From Akkermansiaceae bacterium (lineage in GTDB: Bacteria; Verrucomicrobiota; Verrucomicrobiia; Verrucomicrobiales; Akkermansiaceae), in the NCBI GenBank assembly GCA_051251915.1, contig JBPOGF010000010.1:32001-96000 (forward strand): DNA of 64,000 nt, written 5' to 3'. The position numbers were made by a program, and so were the translations under genes. The notes under the pieces are model-generated. The model saw nothing but the letters and a program-made list of their open reading frames with translations. It searched no databases and was not told the DNA's origin. Of the stretch, positions 1 to 8,791 are shown in pieces. Positions within the stretch are counted from its first letter, which is position 1. The number at the start of each line of letters is the position of its first letter.

Positions 1-139
1 CTGGGTGGATCTGGTAAGCTTTGTCTATGCCAGCCTGTCCATCGTGTGCTTGCTCGGGAATGAATTGATTTCGCTCTAGGTTAAAACTGATGAGTTCTGC
101 GATATCGATTTCGTCTTCTATGATGAGGATGGTTTGCAT
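1..139 (-). CDS. OmpR/PhoB-family response regulator, N-terminal part (runs off the window)
   Basis: Manual translation MQTILIIEDEIDIAELISFNLERNQFIPEQAHDGQAGIDKAYQIHP is a typical receiver-domain start; it lies downstream of a Na/Pi cotransporter, so probably phoB. Confidence 0.8.
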   Translation of the reverse strand, partial: MQTILIIEDEIDIAELISFNLERNQFIPEQAHDGQAGIDKAYQIHP

Positions 140-181
140 GTGGGGTCAATTCTAGCGAGAACCTGCGATGTTACGTCTCAA

Positions 182-205
182 TTTATGGTGACAATTCAGT
201 CACAT
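182..205 (-). promoter_or_regulatory. Pho-box-like site upstream of the response regulator
   Basis: Minus strand ATGTGACTGAATTGTCACCATAAA: TGTGAC/TGTCAC direct repeats with an 11-bp period; similar copy at 2082-2105. Confidence 0.5.
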
Positions 206-209
206 GGGT

Positions 210-239
210 CGAGACCAGTGAATGCGGGTACTGGTCTCG
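210..239 (-). terminator. Stem-loop downstream of the Na/Pi cotransporter
   Basis: CGAGACCAGT-N10-ACTGGTCTCG inverted repeat; no strong U-tract. Confidence 0.45.
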
Positions 240-267
240 GTCTAGGTGGTATTTCTGTATGAAATGC

Positions 268-2016
268 TTAGTCAGCGATTTCAGTGGATGTGAGAACGAT
301 GTGGGTGAGTTGGTTAGCAATTCCACGAAGTTCGTTGTTGGTGTTGATGTTGATCATTTCGAGTTTCACTTTGCCTTCTTTCATGCGTTTCATGGCGGCT
401 TTATTGAAGGTGTTTCTCATGTCCGCTGACTTGGTGTCAAAGGCTGTGGTGATGGCTTTGTCTGACTCCTTGAGCATGTTGGTGTGGGCGTATGCTAGGA
501 ATTCTCCGATGTGTGTGGTGAAGAGCTTATGGTTGGCGAGTTGCTCTGGGCTGAATTGTCTGCCGGCGGTGTATTTGCGTTCGGCTAGTTTGACTAGGCG
601 GTAGATGGCATCTGAGCATTCTTCTAGCTCGGCGGTGATGCGGAGCATTCCGGTGATCTTCTCTGCGTGTTCAGAACTGAGGTCGTGTGAGGTGCAGCGG
701 ACTAGGTAGTTGGTGATGTCGTGCATCATTAAGTCCGCGTCATCTTCCATGGTTTTGAGCTTGCTGACGAGTGCGGACATGTCGGTCTCTGGGTGGTCGA
801 AGACGTTGACGTAGCCGTCGAACATTTTGATACAATGTGATGAGAAGGTGTTTAGTGCGCTCTCGGCTTCTACGATGTTTAGCTCACCGAGGTCGACGAG
901 GTTTTGTGAGATGTATTGGATGCGTGGGGCGTCTTCACCATCTGGCTTGTCTTTGACCCATTTGGTAACAAGGGAGGCGATTTGGTTAGTGAATGGGATG
1001 AGGAAGATGAGGTTAAGGAAGTTAAAGCAGGTGTGGAAGATGGCGACGGCGAAGGCGACCATGGTGAGGTCAGCTGCGACTGAGGCGCCGGCTTTCTCGG
1101 TTTTGATGTCGACCATCCACTGTGGGAAGAAGTCGAGAGATTTCCAGACGAGTAGGGTTAATGGGGCAATGAGAAGGACTGCCCAGATTGTTCCGATGGC
1201 ATTGAATAGGAAGTGGGCGCGGGCTGCGCGCTTGGCATTTACGTTTGCTGAGATGGATGCTAGCCATGCGGTGACTGTGGTTCCGATGTTCTCACCGAGG
1301 ACGATAGCGGCGGAGCTTTTGAATACGGTGTATGGGTCATCACCGAGCCATCCTTGGAGTGCGCAGGTGATGGTGATGGCCATGGCTGCTGAGGAGGACT
1401 GGACTACGAGGGTGAGGATGATGCCTGCGAGAAGGAAGAGAACGGTGTCAAAGTGCTGGAAGTGCTGGATCCAAGTGATGGTGTCTTGGATGGTCTGGAT
1501 GGCAGACATGTCGCCTTCCTTGAGCATGGTTTTGACGTCTGGGACGGCGTCTTTTAGGAGTGATAGGCCGAAGAAGAGGAGGCCGAAACCGATGAGTGTT
1601 TCACCGATGTGGCGCCAGCGGTCTTTGCCGGTGAAGAACATGGGGAGGCCGACACCGATCATGGGGAGGGCGACGGCTGAGACTTTAAATTTGCCGATGA
1701 GGGCGACGAGCCAGGCGGTGATGGTGGTGCCGATGTTGGCGCCCATGATGACGCCGATGGATTCGACGAGGGTGAGGAGGCCGGCGTTTACGAAACTGAC
1801 AACGAGAACGGTGGTGGCTGAGGAGGACTGAACTAGGCAGGTGGTGAAGAAACCGGTGAATGCTGCGCTGAAGCGGTTTTTCGTCATGGTGGCGAGTGCC
1901 TTCCGCATGCTGTCACCAGCTACTTTTTGGACTGCTTCTGACATGACTTTCATCCCGTAAAGGAAGACTCCGAGTGCACCTAAGATGCTAAGTATTTTTA
2001 CAATTGCTTCCCACAT
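268..2016 (-). CDS. Na+/phosphate cotransporter (NptA/YjbB family) with C-terminal PhoU-like domain
   Basis: Two QSSS repeats, GANIGTT/GENIGTT motifs, multiple TM helices, helical cytoplasmic tail. Confidence 0.92.
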   Translation of the reverse strand: MWEAIVKILSILGALGVFLYGMKVMSEAVQKVAGDSMRKALATMTKNRFSAAFTGFFTTCLVQSSSATTVLVVSFVNAGLLTLVESIGVIMGANIGTTITAWLVALIGKFKVSAVALPMIGVGLPMFFTGKDRWRHIGETLIGFGLLFFGLSLLKDAVPDVKTMLKEGDMSAIQTIQDTITWIQHFQHFDTVLFLLAGIILTLVVQSSSAAMAITITCALQGWLGDDPYTVFKSSAAIVLGENIGTTVTAWLASISANVNAKRAARAHFLFNAIGTIWAVLLIAPLTLLVWKSLDFFPQWMVDIKTEKAGASVAADLTMVAFAVAIFHTCFNFLNLIFLIPFTNQIASLVTKWVKDKPDGEDAPRIQYISQNLVDLGELNIVEAESALNTFSSHCIKMFDGYVNVFDHPETDMSALVSKLKTMEDDADLMMHDITNYLVRCTSHDLSSEHAEKITGMLRITAELEECSDAIYRLVKLAERKYTAGRQFSPEQLANHKLFTTHIGEFLAYAHTNMLKESDKAITTAFDTKSADMRNTFNKAAMKRMKEGKVKLEMININTNNELRGIANQLTHIVLTSTEIAD

Positions 2017-2081
2017 AGTGTTGATGATTGTTGTTAGTGGTTTGTTAGTTCAGGAAAGAAATGTCAAGGAGTATCAAGGTT

Positions 2082-2105
2082 TTAATTGTGACGATTTCGA
2101 CACAT
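2082..2105 (-). promoter_or_regulatory. Pho-box-like site upstream of the Na/Pi cotransporter
   Basis: Minus strand ATGTGTCGAAATCGTCACAATTAA, resembles the 182-205 site. Confidence 0.5.
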
Positions 2106-2244
2106 TGTGTGTTTTATTAAGGTTTGAGAGCTGAACGAAAAATAGGTCAGGATAAAATTTATTTTAGCTTTCTTAAGTTTATTGAGGTTCGCTATGTAAT
2201 GGCTTCAGGTGGGGTGTTCTGTTTGGATGCTGTTGAGGGGGGGG

Positions 2245-2330
2245 CGTCCGAATATTTTGTTTGCGATTGCGGATGATATGGGTGCGGACTGCTAATTTTG
2301 ATCGGTTGGTGAAAGAGGGGGATTTTTCAG
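2245..2330 (+). pseudogene. Sulfatase gene remnant (N-terminus only)
   Basis: Reads RPNILFAIADDMGADC*, then in a shifted frame TANFDRLVKEG; both are canonical sulfatase N-terminal blocks, with the intervening segment deleted. Confidence 0.7.
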
Positions 2331-2418
2331 TTGCTGGATAAGAAAAAGGGGAAGATCTGGAATCTATGTTGCTAAAAGCGTAACGAATGATATTTTTTAG
2401 ATCTGAATTTGAATAACT

Positions 2419-3663
2419 ATGAAATATACTCGCTTTTTACTGCTGTGCTCAATCGCTGTCTTTGTCACGTGTTTACCTGTGTTTTCTGAGGAGGGGAAAC
2501 CGCTCAAAGAGCTTCTGGATAGCCGTGTGCTGCAGGCTCCGGAGATCCATCGGATGCCGGAGAAGGATGTGGGTGAGGTTCAGGCGATTTTCTATGATAC
2601 GCTGGATTTTAAAGGGAAGCCTACGCGTGCTTTTGCTTATGTGGGGGTTCCAAAAAGTGATAAGCCGGTGCCTGCGATGGTGTTGGTGCATGGTGGGGGC
2701 GGGACGGCGTTTGTTGAGTGGGTGAAGATCTGGAATGATAGGGGGTATGCGGCGATTTCTATGAGTTTAGAAGGGCATATGCCTGATCCTGAGGGGAAGG
2801 GAAAGTTACGGCATGAATTTAGTGGGCCGGAGCGGGTGGGGATGTTTGCTGATGTGGCTGCACCGTTGAAGGAGCAGTGGATGTATCATGCTGTTTCTGA
2901 TGTGATGCTGGCTCATTCGCTTCTGAGGTCTATGCCTGAGGTTGATAAAGATAGGATTGGGATGACGGGGATTTCTTGGGGTGGGGTGTTGAGTAGTTTA
3001 ATTTCAGGGGTGGATGATCGGTTTCAGTGTGTGATGCCGGTGTATGGGGCGGGATTTCTTTATGATTCGAAGGGGCATTTTAAGGGGATGGGTGGGCCGA
3101 CTGCGGAGATGACGGAGAGGAAGAAGTTTTGGGATCCGGCAAGGCAATTTTCTACTGGTTCAATGCCTACTTTGTGGGTGAATGGTGATTCTGATGGGCA
3201 TTTTTCGGTGAATATTACATCGAGTAGTTTTGAGGCAACTAAGGATCATGCTTATATGGCGATTCATCCTGGGATGGCGCATGGGCATGGTGCGGGGTGG
3301 CGGGTTAGGGCTGTTCCGGAGATCTATGTTTTTGCGGATCAGGTGTTGAAGGGGGAGGGGCCTGGGTTGGGTAAGATTACGAAACAGCCGGTGGGGCGGG
3401 AGATTGAGGTTGTTTATGAATCTGAGTCGAAGGTTGTGGAGGGGACGGTTTATTTTTTGAAGGAGAAACTTACTTATAGGAAGGCGAATGATAAGGCCAA
3501 ACATGCGGGACCAGGGCGGTGGCTGACGGTGAAGGCTGAGGTCGATACGGAGGCTAAGACGGTGAGGGCGGCTTTGCCTGAGGGTGCTGTTACTTATTAT
3601 GTGAATTTGAAGGATGAGAGGGGATGTTTGATTTCTTCTGTGGTGGTGGAGCTTTCTGAGTAG
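2419..3663 (+). CDS. Secreted alpha/beta hydrolase (acetylxylan-esterase/dienelactone hydrolase-like)
   Basis: Signal peptide, HGGGG oxyanion motif, GISWGG nucleophile elbow, candidate catalytic D and H. Confidence 0.8.
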   Translation: MKYTRFLLLCSIAVFVTCLPVFSEEGKPLKELLDSRVLQAPEIHRMPEKDVGEVQAIFYDTLDFKGKPTRAFAYVGVPKSDKPVPAMVLVHGGGGTAFVEWVKIWNDRGYAAISMSLEGHMPDPEGKGKLRHEFSGPERVGMFADVAAPLKEQWMYHAVSDVMLAHSLLRSMPEVDKDRIGMTGISWGGVLSSLISGVDDRFQCVMPVYGAGFLYDSKGHFKGMGGPTAEMTERKKFWDPARQFSTGSMPTLWVNGDSDGHFSVNITSSSFEATKDHAYMAIHPGMAHGHGAGWRVRAVPEIYVFADQVLKGEGPGLGKITKQPVGREIEVVYESESKVVEGTVYFLKEKLTYRKANDKAKHAGPGRWLTVKAEVDTEAKTVRAALPEGAVTYYVNLKDERGCLISSVVVELSE

Positions 3664-3686
3664 AGGGTTTGTTAGAGAGTTTTAGT

Positions 3687-5078
3687 CTAACAGACTGAGT
3701 CGGAGAAGAATTTGGTGGGGTCTAGTTTTTGTTTTAGTTGTTGGAGTTTTTCGAGGCTGGTGGAGTAGTAGGCTTTGGCGGGGTTTGGGAGGTCTGGGTC
3801 TGGGTAGTTGGCGTAGTGGTGGGGGATGTGTGTGAGTAGGGTGCGGATGTGGTCTACTGCGGGCATGAGCTTGGCTTTGTGGGCGGGGGTTTGCCAGTAG
3901 GACTGGAGTTCTCCTAGGAATGGGTAGTGGCGGTGGGGGTATGCGGCGGAGATGTCTGGGGTGTTGATGGCGCCGCCGAGGGTGTTGATCTGGAAGAGGA
4001 TGCCGGGGTTGGAGATGGTGGCTTGCATGAGGTCGTGGGCGACGTTTTCTAGGTCTGCGAAGCCGTGGTAGTAGCCGGCGCTCATGTTTCTGAATGGTAG
4101 TGGGTTGGGGCGTCCTGAGTAGGTTTTTACTGCGGTGATGGTGGGCTTGGAGTAGACTCCACGGGTGGTGGTGCCGAGATTGAGGAGGGCGTTTTTGGCG
4201 CGTTGGAATGCGGGGCCGGTGTGTGGGTAGGTGGAGGAGATGATGATGGTGAGGTTGGAGCCGTTGAGGATGAAGCCGGAGAACATGGGGTTAGGGAGGG
4301 CTGCGGCGATCTGGAACCAGCCTTTGAGGAGGGCGACGGCGCGGGTGGGGGTAAGTTTTGTGGCGCGGAATTTCTGGGTGGTGAATTTTGGTGGGGCGGG
4401 GACGGTGGAGAATTTCATGGAGGTGATGACTCCGAGGTTGCCGTTGCCTCCGCCGCGGCATGCCCAGAGGAGGTCTGGGTCGTTGGCTGAATTTAAAACC
4501 TTACCTGTGGCGTCGACCATTTTGACTTGTTGGAGGTGGTCGCAGGTGAGGCCGTGCTGGCGGGCGAAGAATCCGTAGCCGCCGCCGAGGGTGAGGCCGC
4601 TGAGGCCGACGCCGGAGCATGAGCCGGCGGGGAGGAGTCTGTTGTTGGTGAGGAGGTAGTCGTAGATTTCTCCTAGTTTGAGTCCAGGGCCGGCGTGGAA
4701 GGTGTGATCTTTTGGGCGGTAGAATTTCTGGCGGATGGCGGAGACGTCGATGACGAGTCCGTTGTTGATGAGGGATGAGCCGGTGAAGGAATGGCCGCCG
4801 GATTTGATGGAGACTTTGAGGTTGTGTTGTCTGGCGTAGCGGATGGCTGTGGCTACGGATGCTTCATCGGTGCAGGCGGCGATGGCTGCGGGGGTGAAGG
4901 AGAGGTCTGAGTTGAAGGGGGTGTTGAGGCGTTGGTAGACGTCGGAGTCTGGTTGGTAGATGATGAGGGAGTCATCGATCTGCTGACCTTTTAGGATGGT
5001 GGAGAAGCTGGTGCCGAGAGCGGTGGTGATGAAGGCTCTGCGGGAGAAGGGAGGGAGTGATGGGTGACGGTGTGGCAT
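3687..5078 (-). CDS. FAD-binding oxidoreductase (berberine bridge enzyme/AA7-like), Tat-exported
   Basis: SRRAFI twin-arginine motif, KSGGHS covalent-FAD motif, GLTLGGGYG, WACRGGGNGNLG, C-terminal YANY...K...DP BBE domain. Confidence 0.88.
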   Translation of the reverse strand: MPHRHPSLPPFSRRAFITTALGTSFSTILKGQQIDDSLIIYQPDSDVYQRLNTPFNSDLSFTPAAIAACTDEASVATAIRYARQHNLKVSIKSGGHSFTGSSLINNGLVIDVSAIRQKFYRPKDHTFHAGPGLKLGEIYDYLLTNNRLLPAGSCSGVGLSGLTLGGGYGFFARQHGLTCDHLQQVKMVDATGKVLNSANDPDLLWACRGGGNGNLGVITSMKFSTVPAPPKFTTQKFRATKLTPTRAVALLKGWFQIAAALPNPMFSGFILNGSNLTIIISSTYPHTGPAFQRAKNALLNLGTTTRGVYSKPTITAVKTYSGRPNPLPFRNMSAGYYHGFADLENVAHDLMQATISNPGILFQINTLGGAINTPDISAAYPHRHYPFLGELQSYWQTPAHKAKLMPAVDHIRTLLTHIPHHYANYPDPDLPNPAKAYYSTSLEKLQQLKQKLDPTKFFSDSVC

Positions 5079-5115
5079 TTAATGGATACGCCTGATATCT
5101 AAAAGATGTGTCAAT

Positions 5116-5625
5116 TTAATACAATGTTTTGCGGACGGTAGGGACTTCTACGGTGGTTTTTTCTAGGTCTTCTTCCATGGACTCGAAGTCACCTTCTTCA
5201 CAGCAGCGGACGAAGCCTTCGCCGTAGCCTTTGAGCTTGTCCCAGCTGTGGCGGATGTCTTCTGCTTCGTTGTTGGTGATGGAGTTGTCTTGGGCGGCAA
5301 GTGAGATGCGCATGAGGAGGGCGGCGAACTGGGCGACGATTTCGTTGGTGGCGGGGAGGACTTGGAAGCCTTCTTCGCAGTGGCTGACGGGGTTTCTGAC
5401 GAAGTAGCCATCTGAGTGTTCGCATATGTATTCTAGGATGCGGTAGTCGCCTGTGAGCTTGAAGAGCTCGATGACGCGGTCGAGTGGATTTCTGCTTCCT
5501 GATCCTGTGTCTGACTGTTCTTGCGCCCATTTATAGACGAGTGAGAGTGAGACTCCGAGTTCTGAGGCGACTTCCTTGGGGGATGACTTTTCGAATGCAG
5601 TTTTTAACACTTCATGGGATTCCAT
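5116..5625 (-). CDS. Phage regulatory CII-family-like HTH protein
   Basis: N-terminal HTH (KEVASELGVSLSLVYKWA), NPLDR motif, C-terminal D-x2-IT-x2-EA-x2-IR helix pair. Confidence 0.6.
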   Translation of the reverse strand: MESHEVLKTAFEKSSPKEVASELGVSLSLVYKWAQEQSDTGSGSRNPLDRVIELFKLTGDYRILEYICEHSDGYFVRNPVSHCEEGFQVLPATNEIVAQFAALLMRISLAAQDNSITNNEAEDIRHSWDKLKGYGEGFVRCCEEGDFESMEEDLEKTTVEVPTVRKTLY

Positions 5626-5720
5626 AAGGGCAAGGTAGGGAGATATGGGAGGGTTGGCAAGATGATTTGGATGGGTGTTGTTGGGGCGAGTTGTGTTATT
5701 TTTTAATTTGACTATTTTAT

Positions 5721-8700
5721 GTGAAAAACAGAGATGAATTCATGACTCAATCTAAGCAAAAACATGGCGTTTTCCTACCGCTGTTTATCTTGATCGGTAT
5801 GGTATTTTTATACGTGATATCTTCAATGGGTGGTGGGGGTTCTGGGGAATCTGAGGTGGCGTTGGTGTTGCAAGATGATGTAGCTAGTGTGAATGCTGAT
5901 GAGGAGGAGGTGAGGGCTGAAGTGGCGAGGAGAGTGGTGTTAGGTGGTGAGAGTGTTGATGGTGGGAGATTGGTTGGCGTTGATGCAACTGTCTTTAATA
6001 GAGTTGATAGTGATGGAGGTTTGCTGCCGATTGGTGTGGGTGGTGTGGTGGATGAGGCTATAGGTGTAGCTGTGGAGGGTGTAGTGGATGTGGTGAATGA
6101 GGGGAATACGAAGCTTAAGCGTGGCGTGAATAAGCGGTTGTTACTGGATGATGCGGAGGTGAGTGAGCGGCATGCTGACTGGGCGTCTGTTTCTAGTGAG
6201 GTTATCTTTAGGCGGAGTGCTAGGGAGGATTTTGGTGTGTTGACGATGGATGAGCATACTGTGTCTGCGATAGAGGTAAGTGTGGATTTGGAGGCGATGG
6301 AGAGTTTTCTTCTTTCAAGTGATGGGGTTATTAATTTACCTATTGAGGAGGGTAAGGATGCGATGGTGAGGGTGGATAGAGTGGTGACGCGTGGTGAGTA
6401 TACGAAGACGCTGATAGGTTCTGTTGAGGGTGAGGAGGGGAGTGATGTTTTGCTTGTTTTTCATGATGGTGCTGTGTCTGGATCTATTGTTTTTCATGAT
6501 GAGAATTTGCATTATCAGTTTGGTGCTGCGGGGAATGGTGATGTGGCTGTGAGGAGGTTAGATGTGCATAGCTTTGGTTGTGGCTGTGCTGGGTGTAGTC
6601 ATGGTGATAATTTGGTTGAAGATGGGGCGGTGTTAGAGGCTTTGGCTGAGTTAGATGATGCGGAGGCTGGGGTGGATGTGTTTGTAGATGAGGATGATGG
6701 GGAGATATTGGCGGCTCCTGCTGGGTATAATCCGTTTGATGTTGTGGTGGCTTATAGTGCTGAGGCGCGTCAGAGTGATGGCGGGACGGCGAATATAGAG
6801 GCGAGGATTGTTCAGTCTGTGGATAGGATGAATGTGGCGATGACTAATAGTGGTTCTGGGGTTTGGTATTGTTCGTTGTTAGCGATTATAGAGGAGCCGG
6901 ATAGTTCTTTTTCTGATTCGGACTATAGTGATATGGCTGATATGTTGGTTGATCTGAGGCAGGCTACGAATGGGGTTTTGGATGCTGTTGCTGAGTTAAA
7001 GGTTGAGTTAGGGGCTGATCATAGCACGTTTGTGTGTAATAACCCGATTAGTGGGACTGCGGGGATAGCTGGGCGTCCTGGGACTAGTTTGGTGGTGGCT
7101 AGGAGTTATATGAGTTCTACTCAGTTGGGGTTTTGTCATGAGATGGGGCATAGTTTGGGGTTACGGCATGCTTGGGGGGATACGGTTTCTGGGAGTAGCC
7201 AGACAGATTTACAGGCTAATCCTACGAATAAGAGTAACTATGGGTGGAGGTTTGATCCTCCGAATGGGGAGAAGGTAAGAACGATTATGGCTTATAATCT
7301 TGGTTGGACTAGTAGTAAGATTCCTTATTTCTCTAATCCTGATGTTTATTATAATGGTGTTGCTACGGGCGTTGTGGATGGATTTGATGCGACTGATACC
7401 AGTGGGACGCCTACGTATGATCAGCAGTTGGTGACGGATGGTGCTATTGGTGGATTAGGTGCTGGTTATGATGGTAGTAATGAGGATCTGGGGGCTAATA
7501 ATGGTGGGTATTTGAAGAATAATGCAGGGCTTTTGGCTAATAGGACGGTGCGTGAGTCATTGGCTGTGTTGGAGCCTGCGGCGGGGGTGAATCTGGAGGA
7601 GGGTGATGAGCAGACGATTTTTTGGTATGGTGGTGATCATAGTGATACTGTGCAGGTTGATTTGTATAAGGGTGGGGTGTTTCAGTTTACGATAGCGTCT
7701 GGTTTGTCTGGTGAGGAGCGGTGGTATGACTGGACGGTGCCGGATGTAGCTTATGGAGATGATTATGTGGTGAGGGTGACTCTGAGTGGTAGTTCATATG
7801 ATGATGGTGGTGAGTTTACGATAGGGGTAGCTCCGGCGGTTTTGCCTTATGCGGAGAGCTTTGAGAATGGGCGAGGGGTGTGGAGGAGTTCTGTGGATAG
7901 TGATTATGACTGGACGGTGAATAGTGGGGGGACGCCGACGGTTGCGGCTGGGCCGTCTGGGGCTTCTGAGGGGAGTTTTTATCTTTATTCTGAGGGGCAT
8001 GATTCGGGTGCTCCTTATAGTTCATCTGATGTGAAGGCGGTGTTTGATTTTAGTGGTGTGGGGAGTGCTGAGCTGACGTTTGATTACCATATGTATGGTT
8101 TGTATATTGATTATCTGACTTTGGATGTGTATGATGGTGTGAGTTGGGATTTGGATGTATGGCGACAGGATGGGCAGGCTCAGAGTGGTAGTGATGATGC
8201 GTGGAAGAGTGCGACGGTGGATCTGTCTGAGTATGCGGGGAATAGTGGTGTGACTTTGCGTTTCACGACGAAGCATAAGAGGTGGAATTCTGCTGATCCG
8301 GCGATTGATAATTTGGTATTGGATGAGATTCCTCTGACTGCGTTTGAGGTGTGGACTGCGGCTGAATTTACGGATTCTACGGAAGGGGCGGATGCGGGGG
8401 CTATGGGTGATCCGGATGGGGATGGGATGAGTAATGAGATGGAGTATTTGTTAGGTACTGATCCGTTGGTGGTGGATTCTGCGATTATTTCGATGTCTGT
8501 GGGTGCGGGTGTGATGACTTTTGATTATACGCGGCGGATGGTAGATGGTTATAGTATTTTTGCTGAGTGGTCTGGGGATCTGGCTTCTGATAGCTGGGGT
8601 GTGGAGGGGATAGTGGAGGTGGTGACTGGTGATGATGGTGAGGTGGAGACTGTGCGTGGGACTGTGCCTGTGGGGGAGGATGAGGATAGGAAGTTTATCC

Positions 8701-8723
8701 GTATTAGGGTGGAGGGTGAGTAG
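5721..8723 (+). CDS. Secreted reprolysin-like (M12B) zinc metallopeptidase with Ig-like and MAM-like domains and a verrucomicrobial C-terminal domain
   Basis: HEMGHSLGLRH zinc motif, RTIMAY Met-turn, PYFSNP, MAM-like ESFE...GPSGASEGSFYLY...FDYHMYG, DPDGDGMSNEMEY...FIRIRVE tail; start may be ATG 5742. Confidence 0.82.
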   Translation: MKNRDEFMTQSKQKHGVFLPLFILIGMVFLYVISSMGGGGSGESEVALVLQDDVASVNADEEEVRAEVARRVVLGGESVDGGRLVGVDATVFNRVDSDGGLLPIGVGGVVDEAIGVAVEGVVDVVNEGNTKLKRGVNKRLLLDDAEVSERHADWASVSSEVIFRRSAREDFGVLTMDEHTVSAIEVSVDLEAMESFLLSSDGVINLPIEEGKDAMVRVDRVVTRGEYTKTLIGSVEGEEGSDVLLVFHDGAVSGSIVFHDENLHYQFGAAGNGDVAVRRLDVHSFGCGCAGCSHGDNLVEDGAVLEALAELDDAEAGVDVFVDEDDGEILAAPAGYNPFDVVVAYSAEARQSDGGTANIEARIVQSVDRMNVAMTNSGSGVWYCSLLAIIEEPDSSFSDSDYSDMADMLVDLRQATNGVLDAVAELKVELGADHSTFVCNNPISGTAGIAGRPGTSLVVARSYMSSTQLGFCHEMGHSLGLRHAWGDTVSGSSQTDLQANPTNKSNYGWRFDPPNGEKVRTIMAYNLGWTSSKIPYFSNPDVYYNGVATGVVDGFDATDTSGTPTYDQQLVTDGAIGGLGAGYDGSNEDLGANNGGYLKNNAGLLANRTVRESLAVLEPAAGVNLEEGDEQTIFWYGGDHSDTVQVDLYKGGVFQFTIASGLSGEERWYDWTVPDVAYGDDYVVRVTLSGSSYDDGGEFTIGVAPAVLPYAESFENGRGVWRSSVDSDYDWTVNSGGTPTVAAGPSGASEGSFYLYSEGHDSGAPYSSSDVKAVFDFSGVGSAELTFDYHMYGLYIDYLTLDVYDGVSWDLDVWRQDGQAQSGSDDAWKSATVDLSEYAGNSGVTLRFTTKHKRWNSADPAIDNLVLDEIPLTAFEVWTAAEFTDSTEGADAGAMGDPDGDGMSNEMEYLLGTDPLVVDSAIISMSVGAGVMTFDYTRRMVDGYSIFAEWSGDLASDSWGVEGIVEVVTGDDGEVETVRGTVPVGEDEDRKFIRIRVEGE

Positions 8724-8729
8724 CGTGAA

Positions 8730-8763
8730 AACCCACCTTGCCGATGTTTTGGCGAGGTGGGTT
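8730..8763. terminator. Probable bidirectional intrinsic terminator
   Basis: AACCCACCTTGCC-loop-GGCGAGGTGGGTT between convergent genes. Confidence 0.75.
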
Positions 8764-8791
8764 GTGATTGGTTGGTGGTTATGAGTTTTTT

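Noticed and set aside
827..1831. Long antisense ORF (334 aa) and similar shadow ORFs (e.g. 284-604, 9330-9695, 12044-12487, 13913-14440, 15729-16283, 18708-19397)
   Set aside because: They overlap well-supported genes on the opposite strand, have no recognisable motifs, and are expected from the strong compositional skew
2315..2342. GGATAAG preceded by a T-tract as a fifth ECF promoter
   Set aside because: No GGCAG -35 at the 14-15 nt spacing
5116..5625. Prophage
   Set aside because: No integrase, structural, replication or lysis genes around the CII-like gene
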